From: Basidiobolus meristosporus CBS 931.73
Taxonomy: Eukaryota; Fungi; Basidiobolomycota
Direction: 5' to 3'
Length of the DNA: 64,000 nucleotides
NCBI GenBank assembly: GCA_002104905.1
Contig: MCFE01000093.1
Span: forward strand, 62,001-126,000
Made by a program: the position numbers and the translations under genes. This document shows, piece after piece, positions 1-14,130 of this stretch (its first letter is position 1; every line of letters begins with the position of its first letter). The notes below the pieces were generated by a model. The model was not told the DNA's origin. It saw only the letters and a program-made list of their open reading frames with translations, and did not search any database.

Positions 1-511
1 TGCCTACTTCCAGCAAATGGCCCACTAAACCAGATGATGTTACCCTCAATGTCAGACAGTGCTTGAAACTTCACACAGTGTGCCTTGTACTTGCCAGAAT
101 AAAAGTGCCTCTGCCCTCTAGAAGATCTGTTAATCCTCACTGGGAAGGTTTCCAAAATACTCCTTATATGGAACCTGTTGCTGAACACTCTGGGATATGG
201 AAGTCTATTGGAGCTTCTGAACCTAGTATTCCAAGCTTACTCCAAGTCATTCATACCCTCTGCAAGGTGGTTCTCCATTGCTGTCAGCTGGGAATGAAAG
301 CTTCTAGGACTTTTGTTGCCACGGATGGTGGGATGAAACCTGTGGGGCAATAGTTCTTGTAATAGCAGAGAAGCTTAACAAGGGATCTCCTTGAGTAGAT
401 TGGGGTTGATGGTCCACAGTACTTGGAATAGATATCCTCTAGTGTGTCAAAAGGAAATTCAGTAGTAGTGATGGGATTGATGAGAAAAGACCATTCGGAT
501 GAGTAATTCAT
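1..511 (-). pseudogene. DDE_Tnp_4-type transposase, N-terminal part, disrupted
   Basis: Same sequence as 25.8-26.33 kb transposase but with a 1-bp deletion near 341 (frameshift) and the same TAA stop as copy 3. Confidence 0.8.
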
Positions 512-870
512 ATCAAAATTGGTGGATGATTGTATGGAGGTGGTTTGAATTGATTTGGCATGATCTGCGTTATTTAGCAGATTTTTAATGCACTATGATT
601 AAATCACCATCAATTACCCTGTATCCCATCATTATGTTGTAAAAATCATCCACAAACAATGCCTTGGTACTTTTGTTGATGCTTTACTCATAGGACTATG
701 ATCAAATAGGAAATCTGCAATTGATGTGATCTGATCCGTGTCAACAGGATCCAAGATGCATCATGCATAATATATGGAAAATTCAACAATCACATTAGCT
801 TTCATATATATTTGATATAAGACCAGGTTGATGCCAGTATACTGCTGTATAAGTATCCAAATCCATTGCT

Positions 871-2118
871 TTGGTCCTCATACCAAGTCTCAACTCATCT
901 TTAGTACAACCCAGACAAAACCCATCCCCCAGCTCACAAGCTTGGACCAGTCCGGAAAAGTGGATGTTGGATCCGTTCAAGTTCTTGCCAAATGATTTTA
1001 GTATGGACCAAGTGTCTATGATGAGTCTTCATACAGATATTTGGGCACTACTGATTAATCTAGCAGAACTAGATACCTTGGAGAGTTGACAAAGATGGAA
1101 GAATTGGAGTAGAAAGTTGTGGCATGAGTTCTACATCAAGATGCCAGCCAATGTATGTAAGAAGATATACCACAAGACAAGTATTGAAATCAAGATTGAG
1201 CTGAGAGTGAGGGGATTTGATGAAGAAGCTGCGCAGGAACAATTTTGCACGCACTGTGCACAGTATGGGACAAATGTGTCTGTTTGTGCCTCAACTTTGG
1301 GAACCAAAGAGATTTTGAATGAGTTTTTGCCTCAAATGACTAATGTACTGCATGATGTATTAATAGAGCTAAGTGGCTTCCAAGAACAATATACACAGGA
1401 CTCATCCAGGCAACTGCTCCAAAGTATCAGACAGAGGGTAAGTGAATACCTGGAGGAATCAGATGGTAAGCTTCAGGAGGAAGAATACAGACTGCAAGCA
1501 ACATTGTCTAGATTGCGCCAGCATGCCTTGCTGGATTCCTTACTATCTCTTGCAACCATAGCGCGCCGGCGCACGTCAGCCCAGACTATGCAAACACCCT
1601 TTACCAGAGCACCCCACGTTGAGTCAATGCACATTGGGTCAATGCGCACGCTTCAGAGCAAAACTACCAGAACTTGCCAAGCTGCTCATTTAGACACAAG
1701 TCCATTGGAGCAGATCAAGTTGCGTCAACATGCAGCATCACATCAAACTCAGCCAAGGGCCATCTCAACGCATCAAGGCACACCTGTGCATGCTGTTTTG
1801 CCTGACCATCAGCAAGTTATTGCTGGTGAACTGACTGATGATGACCAACATGAAGTGCCTCAACCACTAGAGCCCTTGGCAAGTAAAAGATTGCGTCAGC
1901 TTATGGCACTCCAGGCCGGTTCAGTTGGTTCAGTTGGAGCAATTCAGCACAGCCAAGCTGCAGCATTGCACTCATCAACTAGGAGGCAAAATACTGACTA
2001 CAAATACACAAGTAGCCAAGATGATAGTCAGCCAGGAATTAGTATAGGTGTGCAAAGTGAATCACTACCAAATACTGCAGTAGTAATACCTGTGAGAAAT
2101 AAGCCCAGGAGAAGATGA
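871..2118 (+). pseudogene. Transposon accessory ORF2 (copy 1), one in-frame TGA at 1087-1089
   Basis: ORFs 871-1089 and 1117-2118 are in the same frame; homologous to 26690-27937; ends in basic KPRRR. Confidence 0.7.
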
Positions 2119-2860
2119 TACAATTGCTTTGAATTGCTATTACTTGTAATGATCCTGACAACCCATTTTTTTGCAATCTGAATCAAGCCATTGCAAATCA
2201 GTGATCATCAAATTTTTGATATAAGTAATATCAATGTCGTCTCATATTTGAGACAGAACCCTTATAAATAAAAACCCTGCATATATATACATCATCTATA
2301 AAAACAGTGCAGCTATTGGATCTGTTTTGCACCTACCAAATTGCTTGCATGCTAGCTATGACACCTTGTCCAATCACTAGGATCAAGGGTTTACATGCTC
2401 AATGGGCAAAATGGGATATTTCATGGCAAATCAGGTAGTTTGCTTTGTAGTCAATGAGCCAATTGGGGGCTGCCAGCTTCAGGATACTTTTGAACCAATT
2501 AACCACTGAGATACCATCCAATTGGAACAATGGTAACAAAAATGGTAAATATCAGTGTAGTTTATAGTGTGATACACATTTATTTCCATTTACATTAAAA
2601 AAACGTATCCAAATAATGGATTTTACCTGCCATAATAGCGGTATCCAATTGCGCACAAGATGCAAACATTACAAGTCAGCGCAATCATCCGTGCCAACCT
2701 CTTAGTGTCAGTTTGTGCCATGGTGTGCAAGATTGTCCCAGATAGTGTGAAATTGTCCAAGAACAATCCTGCCTTCTGGCAGCTTTAATATTGCGCCCAA
2801 TTGTTCTTTACAACCACAGATTGTGCCATGCACCCTGACACAATACAATAGAACAAGTCT

Positions 2861-4704
2861 ATTTCATATAAGACCAGGTTGATGCCAATATAATGCTGTA
2901 TAAGTATCCAAATCTGTTGCTATAGTCCCCATACCAAGTCTCAACTCATCTTTAGTACAACCCAGACAAAACCCATCCCCCAGCTCACAAGCACAGACCG
3001 GACCGGAAAAGTTGATGTTGGATGCGTTCAAGTTCTTGCCAAATGATTTTAGTGTAGCCTAAGTGTCTATGATGAGTCTTCATACAGATATTTGGGCACT
3101 ACTGATTAATCTAGCAGAACTAGATACCTTGGAGAGTTGACAAAGATGGAAGAGTTTGAGTAGAAAGTTGTGGCATGAGTTCTACATCAAGATGCCAGCC
3201 AATGTATGTAAGAAGATATACCCCAAGACAAGTAATGAAATCAAGAATGAGCTGAGAATGAGGGGATTTGATGAAGAAGCTGCGCAGGAACAATTTTGCA
3301 TGCACTTTGCACAGTATGGGCCAAACGTGTCTGTTTGTGCCTCAACTTTGGGAACCAAAGAGATTATGAATGAGTTTTTGCCTCAAATGACTAATGTACT
3401 ACATGATATATTAGTAGAGCTAAGGAATCAGATGGTAAGCCTCAGGAGGAAGAAAACAGACCACAAGCAACATTGTCCAGATTGTGCCAGCACACCTTGC
3501 TGGATTTGAAACCATCTCTTGCAACTACAGCGCGCCAGCGCACGCCAGTCCAGACTATGCCAACACCCTTTACCAGAGCCCCCCACATTGAGTCAACGTG
3601 CGTTGGTTCAATGCGCATGCTTCAGAGCAAAACTACCAGAACTTGCCAAACTGCTCTTTTAGACATGAGTCCATTGGAGCGGACCAAGTTGCGTCAACAT
3701 GCAACATCACATCAAACTCAGCCAAGGGCCATCTCAACAAGTTAAGGGGCACCTGCGCATGCCGTTTTGCCTGACCATCAACAAGTTATTTTTGGTGAAC
3801 TGACTGATGATGACCAACATGAAGTGCCTCAACCACCAGAGCCCTTGGCAAGTAAAAGAATGCATCAGCATGTAGCACTCCAGGCCGGTTCAGTTGGTTC
3901 AGTAGGAGTAATTCAGCACGGCCAAGCTGCAGCATTGCACTCATCAACTAGGAGGCAAAATACTGACTACAAATATACAAGTAGTCAAGATGATAGTCAG
4001 CCAGGAAGTAGTATAGGTGTGGAAAGTTAGTTGCTACCAAATGCTTCAGTAGTAATCCCTGTAAGAAAAAAATCCAGGAGAAGATGATGCAATTGCTTTG
4101 AATTGCTATTATTTGTAATGATCCCAACAACCCATTTTTTGCAATCCAGATCAAGCCATTGCAAATCAGTGATCATCAAATATTTGATATAAGTAATATC
4201 AAGGTTGTCTCATATTTGAGACAGAGCCCCAAAAAATAAACACCCAGCATATATATACATCATCTGTAATACCAGTGCAGCTATTGGATCTGTTTTGCAC
4301 CTACCCAATTGCTTGTGTGCTAGCTATAACACCTTGTCCAATCACTAGGATCAAGGATTTACATGCTCAATGGGCAAAATGGGATATTTGATGGCAAATC
4401 AGGTAGTTTGTTTAGTAGTCAATGAGCCAATTAGGGGCTGCCAGCTTCAGGATACTTTTGAACCAATTAACCACTGAGATACCAGCTAATTAGAGTGATG
4501 GTAACCAAAATGGTAAGTACCAGTGTAGTTTATAGTGTGACACACATTTATTTCTGTTTACATTAAAGAAACATATCCAAATACCGGATTTTACCTGCCA
4601 TAATAGCGGTATCCAATTGCGCATGTGATACAAACATTTTGAGTTGGTGTAATCATCCGTGCCAACCTCATTGTGTGAGATTGTGCCATAGTGTGCAAGA
4701 TTGT
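2861..4704. mobile_element. PHIS-type transposon copy 2 (ORF2 and right arm only), ORF2 broken by an 82-bp deletion
   Basis: Starts at internal sequence ATTTCATATAAGACCAGG (cf. 26629-26648); lacks the segment equivalent to 27193-27274; truncated about 4704 by a Copia fragment. Confidence 0.85.
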
Positions 4705-5621
4705 ATGCTTCACATTGGGGTAGGGATCTGACTAACAGATACTATACCACTGGATATTTGTTTCTATGTGCTGGTGCAGCTATTGCTTGGAATCACAAGA
4801 TACAACCTACTGTGGCCCTACATACAAATGAGGCTGAATATATATGGCTGCTTGTCAAGCAACTCAGGATAATCTGTGGTTACAAAAGTTATTCAAAGAC
4901 TTAGGTGTTGAATTATATGCACCAGCATGTATTTACAAGCATACTAAAGGTTGTATTTCATTAATTAGGAATCTTACCAATCATGCCAGAACTAAGCACA
5001 TAGATCTACAACACCACTGTGTGAGGGAAGCTGCAGAAAATAGCTTTGTGGAGTTAGATTACTCCCCAACTGAAAAAAGGTGGCAGATACATAGACAAAA
5101 CCACTAGCTAGGCTACAGTTTCAAAATCTTCAAAAGATATTAGGATTGAGAAATCATTTAGTCAAGGGGGGTGTTGAAATATTGGACTGTTTTGTATCTT
5201 TCAGCAATTAAAAGCTTACTTATAAGTTCTGGACTAGTGTTGGTCAAAGTAGGACAAATTTGCATCCCTTACTTTGCCACTTTCTACCGGAGCTATGCTC
5301 CTATGATTATTCTCCTGTATTTAATAGCAAATTGGGACTCTTACCAAACATTATGTACTAAATTTGATTCTGTTACAGAATGCTCCTGAATGCTGACAAA
5401 CTCTCCATACTTGGCTTTACAACTGAATTACCTCTAGAAAAAAATAAATACTGAGCTTCTTTGTGATTAAACAACAGTTTGACTATTATAGTCATTTCTT
5501 GACTAGATCCTTATATCCAAAATACTTCTTAAATTGTAACAGAAGCACTAATGTTGTGTAAGTGTTGGAGATACTGGAAGTAATAGGGAGCACAAATGGA
5601 TTTTGTAGTTTTCACCTAACA
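4705..5621 (+). mobile_element. Ty1/Copia 3' fragment (RT end/RNase H, PPT, 3' LTR), family distinct from Copia-B
   Basis: WGRDLTNR.YTTGYLF, EAEY.AAC, HARTKHID motifs; polypurine CAAGGGGGG at about 5163-5171 followed by TGTTG at 5172; LTR end approximate. Confidence 0.7.
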
Positions 5622-5898
5622 ACTTATTGAGTATATGGTAGCACTTCTACTAACACATTATCTTGGCATAAAAATCACATAGAATATGCTCCAGGAAGGC
5701 TACAAGAACATGTGTGCAAAGTTTGGTGCTGACTGGACAACATTGAGAATTTGTATGTTTTAGGTACCTTGTGCTTTTGTGATAATATGTTGATCAACTT
5801 CCAACAAGGATTTTGGTGAGTATTCCCAAAGATTTGTAGATAATGGTTCATGTGGCTAAGCTAGGCCAGTGTTCAGGTGGAATCATGCAGTGATACAA

Positions 5899-7600
5899 TA
5901 TTACAAGTCTGGATATAAGAATTATAGAGGAATAGCAAGTTTAGCTAGTATTGCACTCACTAAGACTTTAACTTGTTTTTACTGAGGATCCAGCAGCGGC
6001 TTATATAAATTTGCCAGATCAGTTGCTGACTAATTTTACTGTTCAATGTAGGTTGTGGCTGATAACTCATTCAACTTCATTGTCATTACCCAAGTAGCAC
6101 TTACTTAATATACCTATTTCTGTGCAATAAGAATCTAATGTAAATATCTGCTGACTAATACTACAGATTTAGTGGATAATACAGTTATGCTTGTGGACTA
6201 TACCTTAAATTAATTCATTTGACTAAAAGCTGATGTAACTTATACACTGAGGCAGCAGACCATAATATTAATCCCTATCAAAGATGAGAATATTCTCTGG
6301 AATTTCCTTTATTGCTACATCAGTAGCTTCATGGTTCAACATCATTTGTAAGTCTTGCAAGCTTCAGCCTATTCATATGAGCTAAATCAATTTTATATTC
6401 CCTTGTTTGTCTATTAGTTGGTTTGTTGCAAATGGCTGTTCTCAGATGATCATGAATGGTCCTCTTAGTTGTGGCACAAACCTCTTCCAAGTGTGATATC
6501 TTAACAATACAAAGTTCCCAACTGTTGGAGCCTCTGGTGATACAGGCTTCTCAAATCTCTGCTGCATCTATTCTGTACTTTTAAAGATTTTGGCTAGTGC
6601 CTCCTGAGGTTCTTGTTCCAATTGTGGGTGTCTACTAGGCCAACTGAGTTCATCCCCAAAGCTTTCAGTGAGTTTTGATTGATAATGTCTCCTAGAATCC
6701 TTGGCTTACATTCATACACTAAGTAAAATCACAGTTCTTGGGTAATGTTATGCGATTTTAATCTGCAGGTGAGCATTGTTTGATCAATAGACCTGTCCCA
6801 TCTACTTACAGCTCCATATGTTTACTTGCTCAACAATTGTCTAAATAACCTGTTAAACCAGTCAGTGACTCCATTGGTTCCAGTGTGATATGCCAATGCT
6901 TCAGCTGATTGATGTGCTATATCTCCAGGCAGTCTTTCAATGTTTTTGCCACAGAGTTGCTCCTCTGTCAGACAATATATCCACTGCACATGTAAGCTTC
7001 ATCAAGAGCTCAAGGAATATAAAACTTACAACTTCTTGTTCACTGGCTACTGTTACAGCTTTAGGTGTCATAGCCACATGACATCCTTGACCTTTCACGA
7101 TTTGGTCAACCTTAGGGCTAGGACATATCCTCATGTGATGCTCAAGTCTATTCCCTAGTATTTATCTATCTTGGCACACTCACTGTGCCTTGCCCTAGGG
7201 CCCCATCAGTATTAGCCAATATCTCTTGGCATCCATATTGCCAAAAAGTATATATAGTTCTATCCCCCTTATGTACTCCTCAGTCTGGTGAACCCAGGTC
7301 TGAAATAAAGAGTCTTGCCTTGAAAATCCTCCTTGCCTTGTTAATCCACACCTAAGTCCTTTCCTGGTCCTGCCTTGCCAAGCTCTACTCTCTTGCCCTG
7401 GTCTGTTTGTAACAGTTTTATCAGGCTGATCTTGACTTACTGGTGTATCTCTGCTTTCTACCCAATGTTCTTGAGAAGAACTTGTAAAGGAACACCTAGC
7501 AGAGGTATCACCCAGAATGATTCTGTAGTCTTGTCATCTAAAGGCAGAGATACTTTGTCTTTGTAAATTTATTAGCCAAAGCTGCAACCACTTCATTACC
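5899..7600 (-). mobile_element. Ty3/Gypsy family A 3' fragment: 3' LTR (5899-6267), PPT and degraded integrase
   Basis: 5899-6267 is the reverse complement of LTR-A (cf. 21153-21515); adjacent PPT homologous to 21130-21152; VVSFIFLELLMK..DILSDRGA matches the integrase at 20.4 kb; inner limit approximate. Confidence 0.75.
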
Positions 7601-7789
7601 CTGCCGGTGTAGTTCACAGTTGTTACAGTAGTGGAAGCTTTAGTCCAATACTTATCAAAGGACATTAAAACCAGTGCCTTCTGAAGTGACACCAACTTAC
7701 TCAAGGTTGGGCATTGTGGCTCAATAATTGCATTCTTGACATACTAGTGGCTTTGTAACCCACATAGCAGCTAGTAGTATCCAGTGTTA

Positions 7790-10700
7790 CTAAACAAGCT
7801 TAAGAAGCCTCTCCACCTCCTGCTACCCCACATGTTGAGTCCAGAGTACAACTTTGCTAGCCGTATGGATGCCTTTGCACAGCTGCAACAAGACAATGCT
7901 GATCTAGAAGCTCTGTTTCTCAGCTTTAGAGCCAAAATACTCAAGAGCCTATCCAGATTCCCTCTTACCATAACCCGTAGGATCACTTCCACTACCAAGT
8001 TCAGTGGTTCCCAATATGATGTCCAAGATTTCAATGACATAGTCAAGTACCATTTGTTGCTACAGCCCAATGAGTTACCAACATATCAAGCTAAATTTGG
8101 CAATATCTCTAACTGGCTCACTGGAACAGCCTGGCAATGGTTCTTCACTTTGGTGGAAACTAACTCCTCTCCACTGAGTGATTATCAACATTGGGCAACA
8201 TTGACCAAGCTGGAACTGCTGCCAACAGATCAATAATGTGAAGCAAGGAAACAGACCTGCACCCATGTAAGCTTCTGAATTCTGGCAATTAGCCAGTGCA
8301 TTGAGCCTTTTGGTGATGCTGCCATGATCAGTCAATTTCCAGATGGACTCAATGAGGAAGTCAGTGACCTACTACTCACACTCCCTGACCCAACTTCCTT
8401 GGGTGAAGTTATATATAAAGTAAATGAATGTTACAACTGCCTATTCCAGAAGAAGCAGAAGTTCCAGTTTACTCATTAGCCAACTTCCTTCCCAATAATC
8501 CAATCACCCAGCACCAAGCCTGATGAACCTATGCAAGTTAGTTGTCCTATATACAAGAAACTTACAAAAGAGGTAAGATCTAGATGTCAACAAGCTAATG
8601 TCTGCCTTGACTGTGGCCAACCTGGTCACCTTGCCAAGTCTTGTCCTAACAGGAAGTCCAGCTTCAAACTCCTACAATCATCCAGTGAACAGCCTTCTCC
8701 CAAATTGTAGGCAAACTCCAGTCTCCAGCTATAATGACAGGCTTGTTGCTTGACCCTCATATAAAAATTAAAGACATTCAAGAAGTATTGTTTGCTACCA
8801 AGCCCATCCAGTCCTTAAGAGTGACTGTTAGCATCAATATCTCTGAATCCAGTCTTGTCTATGTCCTTGTCCTGAAAGTTTCTGGTGCTTCCTCTTGTTA
8901 TACTGGCAGTCCCTTGTCCAGAAGCACAAAATCTGCATTATTCTGATATTCTCACCTGACCTGACCTGTCAAAGTAGAAGTGATTGATGGAGGATCCCTG
9001 GCCTATGGTGCTGTTACCCATGAGACATGTCTACTCCAACTGTCAAGTACTGGTCTCTATGAGATACTAGCCTTCAGCATCATCAACTTGCCCACCACCC
9101 AATAGTTGTTAGAAGCTCATCACTTAGTTACCATAACCCAGATATCAACTGGAAGACCAAAACACTGGCATTCCTCAGAATCCATCATGTTAACTCCATG
9201 AAAGCACCTGAATTCTCACATTAAAAAGTATCTTTTCCCAGGCTACTGCGGACCCAGGAGCCCATCATCACTGAAGGAACCCCCTTCAATGGAATACCTG
9301 CCATGTATCAAGAGCTTTCCCATGTCTTTTACACAGAGAAAGCAGAAATACTCCTATGGCATAGACTCTACGATTGTCCCATTGTCCATGAAGACAGAGA
9401 TACCCCACCTTTTACCCTATCTACCTCTTAGAGTCTGAGTTGAGCAAGCTCCATAGCTGTATCAATGAAAGCTTTCAGAAAGGCTTTTTTCAGCACTCTT
9501 AGTCTCCAGCTGGTGCCCAACACTCTTTGTCAAAAAAAGGATGGTACCCTTAGGATGTGTGTTGACTACTGTGCACTGAATAATATCTCAATCAAGAGCT
9601 GCTACCCTTTGCCCCTGATCAAAACCCTGGTGGATCATTCTCTGCTGCCAAAGTATTTAGCAAAATTGATTTCAGAGGAGCCTTTAACCTTGCCAGGATC
9701 AAGCCTGGCAATGAATGGAAAACTGCCTTCAGAACAAGATATGATCACTTTAAGTATAAAGTTATGCCATTTGGTCTCACCAATACACATGCTGTCCTTC
9801 AGCACCTAGTGTATGACATATTCTGTGAGCACCATGTCCAGTTTGCGGTTATCTACCTTGAAGATATCATGATCCACTCCAAGACTCAAGAAGAGAATAA
9901 TTCTCATGTGAAGAAAGTCTTTACCTAGCTTGACACTGCTGACCTCTATGCCAAACTGCAAAAAAGTGAGTCTAACTAGAAATAAATTGAGTTCCTATGC
10001 TATTGAATAAGCTCAAATGGTACTGGAATAGACCTCAAGAAAGTAGTAGCCATCTGTTCCTGGAAAACTCCTTGTTATGTACAAGAAGTGCAATCCTTCC
10101 TTGGATTTGCCAAGTTTTACCATAGACTCATTGCCAACTACTCTAAGATAGTAACTCCTATGACAAAGCTCACCCAGAAAAATCTGCACATTGCCTGGAA
10201 TAGAGAACAGTTGAAGTCATTTGATTCTATCAAGAAATCCTTCTTGTGTGTTTCACTGCTTGCCTGTCCTGACCTTGAGGACCTCTCATCATAGAAACTG
10301 ATTCCTTGGACTTTGCTCTTAGCGCCATACTTTCCCAATATGATGGCAAGAATATTCTACACCCCATTGCATTCTACTCTTGGAAGTTTACCCCTGCTGA
10401 AGTAAACTATAATATCTTGCCATCATTGTTACTTTGAACAACAGAGACACTACCTTGATCCCAATGAAAAATCTCAAACTTGTAATTAATCTGCTTTTCA
10501 GCAGGTATTATAGTGATATCTTGATGGTATTCAGCTAGTGTTTTTAGCTCAAATTTCAAACGCAACTCTTAATGGAAGTAATGGGCAGTTAATTACCAAA
10601 TTTGGTATGGATGCCAGTGGGCTTAGTCACCTCTTGGAGAATCTTTTTGCTTATCTACCCTTCAGATAACAACACAAATATTGAGAGTTGTCAGTTCTGA

Positions 10701-11690
10701 GAAACTTGGATATTCTGATGGTATTTACTGGCCTTTTCTTTATTTTTTTCTCATGTGATTGTTCTGCCAAAACCATGAATGCAATCAAGAGAGACTTCTG
10801 GTAGCCCAAGATGATATCCCTTCTCAGTGAGGACCCCCAAGCCTGTGATACATGTGTAGTGCAAAATCTGCCAGACACCAGTCATGTGGACTTAATCAAC
10901 CCTTGCCAATCCCTTGCCAGCAATGGGAGCCAGTTTTAATGGACTTTCAACCTCCCAGAATCCAGCCAATTCCATTCAGCCCTGGTATTGGCAGATACAC
11001 TCACAAGAATGGCCTGCTTCATTCCCTACTCCAAGAACATAGATGTCAAGGTGACTACCCACTTGGTAATCTGGAGCACTTTCCAGCTATGTTGTATCCC
11101 AAATGACATTGTATCTGGTAGAGGACTCCAGCTCATAGCAAAATTCTGGAAACATATTGTGCATTATGTTTGCATTCTAGTCAAGCTCTCAACTGCTTTC
11201 CATCCTCAGTCATGTGGTCAGACTGAAAGAATCACTCAGATCTCTGAGCAACACCTCTGGTTTTATATCAACTATCATCTAGTTAATTGAACCCAGCTGC
11301 TACTACTTACAGAATTTGCTCATAACTACTTAGGTCATAGTGCTGCTGATCTCATCCCGTTCAGTGCAAATGATGTTTTTTGTCGAATATTTGATATTGA
11401 GATTTTGACAAGCTCTATGAGCCCTCCTGCAGCTGAAAATGCATCAACAATACTAGGAATCCAAAAAATAGTCAAGAAAGAACCATACTTAGCCCATCAG
11501 GGGCAAAAGAAGCTTGCAAAACAAGCAACAGCCTAGCCCCAACCTTAATGAAGGAGATTCAGTATGGCTCTTGAGAAGAAACATTGCTACCAGCCAACCT
11601 TGTAACAAATTACACAATCAGAAACTAGGCCCATTCAAGATCCAGAAGAAACTGAGCTCAATGTTATACCTACTACAAAAAACATTAGAA
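7790..11690 (+). mobile_element. Ty3/Gypsy family B degraded gag-pol
   Basis: Gag (LTGTAWQWF), CxxCGQPGHLAKSCP knuckle about 8605-8650, RT (KKDGTLRMCVDY, YLEDI), RNase H, integrase and LGPFKI (GPF/Y) motif, all with stops/frameshifts; LTRs not defined; ends approximate. Confidence 0.8.
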
Positions 11691-12280
11691 GTTTAGTATC
11701 TATGTGCTTAGTACTAGTACAAAAAGATGATATCTTCCCAACTGTATATATCCCTGATTATCTTGAAACAAAGTAATAGGTGCATTTTGACATAAGCCCA
11801 AGTCTTCAAATGCTTTGTTAGCCACATTGCCGCTTTTGTAGCTTCACAGGCTACCATGTACTCTGCCCTTTTAGTATAAAGTGTCATGGTTGGTAGCTTT
11901 CTGAGTTTCATGATATCACTGCTGTAGTGTGAAGAAAGGTACATCCTTTGGTGGATACTCTGTCATCTACATTTTGTCCTCAAATTGCTTATGAGCATCC
12001 CACTAGTTCCTGTTTGGAATGCTTGTGTGAGTATCTCAGGCAGACTTCAGTATATCCTTTTTGGTATATGAAAGTTTGCTTTACTGACACAATATAGTTG
12101 GATCCATAATTTTGAATGAGCTGGCTGACAGATGGAACTGAATATAAGGTAACTGGACATGCTCTAAGCATGAAATTCACTAATTGCCAATTATGGATTA
12201 AGAAAGATATCCAGAGACATATATATGATAGTATCACTAAAAGTATCAACAACTATGTTGTCAGCTCATTCCAAAATATC
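11690..12280 (-). mobile_element. Copia-B RT/RNase H remnant
   Basis: AEYMVACEATKAAMWL and QNAPITLFQDNQG homologous to 36.28-36.4 kb; ends approximate. Confidence 0.7.
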
Positions 12281-12284
12281 AATG

Positions 12285-13800
12285 AGATAGTTAGGTGCAG
12301 TGTCTAGCAAGGTATATCAAATGGCACAGAGGAATCAGGAAATAGTCCAGAGAAAGGAAGAGCAAATAATACATGTGGAGCATGTTAAAATACTTAGAAG
12401 TCCACCTAATTACTAATATTTTATAAGCTAGCACCTAGTTAACTGATGCATCTTCAAGTATTAACCTTGAAATTAGTCTGTAAGTTGTTTACCAATTATT
12501 AGAAATAATGAAGTACAAAATTTTAGGAAAGTCTGATACTTGTGAAAATGAGCTGAAACTTAGCACATGAACTCTGATACTCACTTAATGATGACCAAAT
12601 ACTTACATTTATGTGGTTCTGCAATAAGTAAACTCACTGTGTTACAATTTAATAAATCCACAAGTGAATATCATGTAAATCTTTTAATTCTCCATTTCAT
12701 GTCCAATATATCTATCCAATTTTCAACAGAGCAATAGATATTCTACATAGGCAACAAAGTATATAGTGTGCAGAGAAGAAGCTCAGGTAGCCCAAAGTCA
12801 AAACCAGAAGTTGAGGCATTCCCTGAGGTATCAGCAGAGAAACACTCTACAGTCTTTGAGGCACAACAACACTGCTCAATAATAAAACCCACAAAAAGCA
12901 TAGTACAGCATGGGAGAGAGAGACTATTATCTGTATACTCAAGTCCCAAAAATCAAAGGACACTTGAGATCTGTGAAGCTGTTGAGTGCAATAACCAATA
13001 GTGGGCTAATACTCCAGTGGCTGTAAGAAGTCTAGCACAGCATTGCCTTAAGGACTGCATACCATAGGACCATCAGGAACTCAAGGCCCAGCAAAATGCA
13101 CTTGGTCAGTTCCATCACCATTATCCTGCACTCAAACATGCATAGATCTTGGGCCAGCATTTGTATGCTAAGAAAGTATAACAAGAATAGTAAAAATTAC
13201 CAAAGGCAGATTAGTACAAATGCCACAGCCAAATACCAGCAGATTCCTTAAGAACTTGTTGCAAGCAGGGTTGAGAGCTCCACACAAGCAGCAACAAAAT
13301 GACTGGAATCCAGCAGATTGCCAGTAAGGGTTAAGCAGGAAGAAACAGATGCATCAGTGCAGCAACTATCAAGTAGAAATATAGCACAATGCAAGAAGCA
13401 CTCAGTTAGAATAGCAGTAAAACAGTTGACAGTGACAAAGGTGCTGGTAAAGAAAAAAATCAGACCAAGACAGTGGCAGGATTGTGTGGGAAAAAAGTGT
13501 CAATTCTTGCCAGTGAGCTATATTAGTCCAGTGTAGGCAGTATTGCAAGATAGCCAAAAATAATAACCACCAATACAACATCTGCTTTTACAGGGGCTGG
13601 AAGCACAGCCAGTTGAGTTGCACTTTAGCAACTAAGACAAGCTTGTAGATAAAGGCAATTTGTCTATCACTGCCTTGATATCCCTATGTGCAGAGATCTT
13701 GCTAACTGATACAGCAACATTGTCCAGAACTAACAAGACTGTTATAATTCTACAATGGAGTGCTAGAACATCAATAGGCACACTAAGAGGTTGCAGCATT
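12285..13800 (+). repeat. Repeat family C (degraded ORF, probable CACTA accessory gene), interrupted by a solo LTR
   Basis: Homologous to 37.36-38.62 kb and, reversed, to 23.5-23.9 kb (LEICEAVEC..., YQELK...); ends approximate. Confidence 0.7.
12383..12728. mobile_element. Solo LTR (family D), 346 bp
   Basis: TGTT...AACA termini flanked by perfect 5-bp TSD GAGCA (12378-12382 and 12729-12733); family C homology resumes on both sides. Confidence 0.85.
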
Positions 13801-13869
13801 TTTTAAGGAGCAGTGACCTAGATAATGCAATTGAGGATTACAAGGATTTATTGCAAGGAAATAAGTGGA

Positions 13870-14130
13870 AATTAACCAACTTGTATGCATGAAATATGAT
13901 TACATTGGTTGTGCCAGGAAGTGAAGTATGTGAAAAAGTAATAATAGCTAATCAATGTACACTAATGCAGGAAGTGATTGTGTGTTTGGTACAAGAAATT
14001 GAGACAATTAGCAGAGGATCACTCAGCTGCACTATTGCATTCTAGTTATGAAAAACTTTGTCAAGTTTTTGCAACATCTGAAATGCAATTGTTTGACCAG
14101 TCTGTGTATAATGTGCTGCTGGGATCAATA
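13870..14130 (-). repeat. Family C terminal segment, inverted
   Basis: Reverse complement matches 23.27-23.50 kb and 38.72-38.97 kb (...TTTCATGCATACAAGTTG...); ends approximate. Confidence 0.65.

Larger units (their letters stand above)
1..2860. mobile_element. PHIS-type (PIF/Harbinger-related) two-ORF DNA transposon, copy 1; left end outside window
   Basis: Colinear with 25.8-28.68 kb; ends in right TIR ...ATAGAACAAGTCT at 2860 (reverse complement of the AGACTTGTTCC.TTG left TIR seen at 25263). Confidence 0.85.

Noticed and set aside
63-353. Plus-strand ORFs 63-353 and 25881-26213 conserved between copies
   Set aside because: Antisense shadows of the transposase.
3415-3435. The 82-bp segment missing from PHIS copy 2 as a precisely lost intron
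   Set aside because: Breakpoints fit a 2-bp AG microhomology deletion, are one base off a GT-AG excision and shift the frame.
5700-5770. Short reversed LTR-B-like fragment
   Set aside because: About 70 bp and degenerate; real but too small to define as an element.
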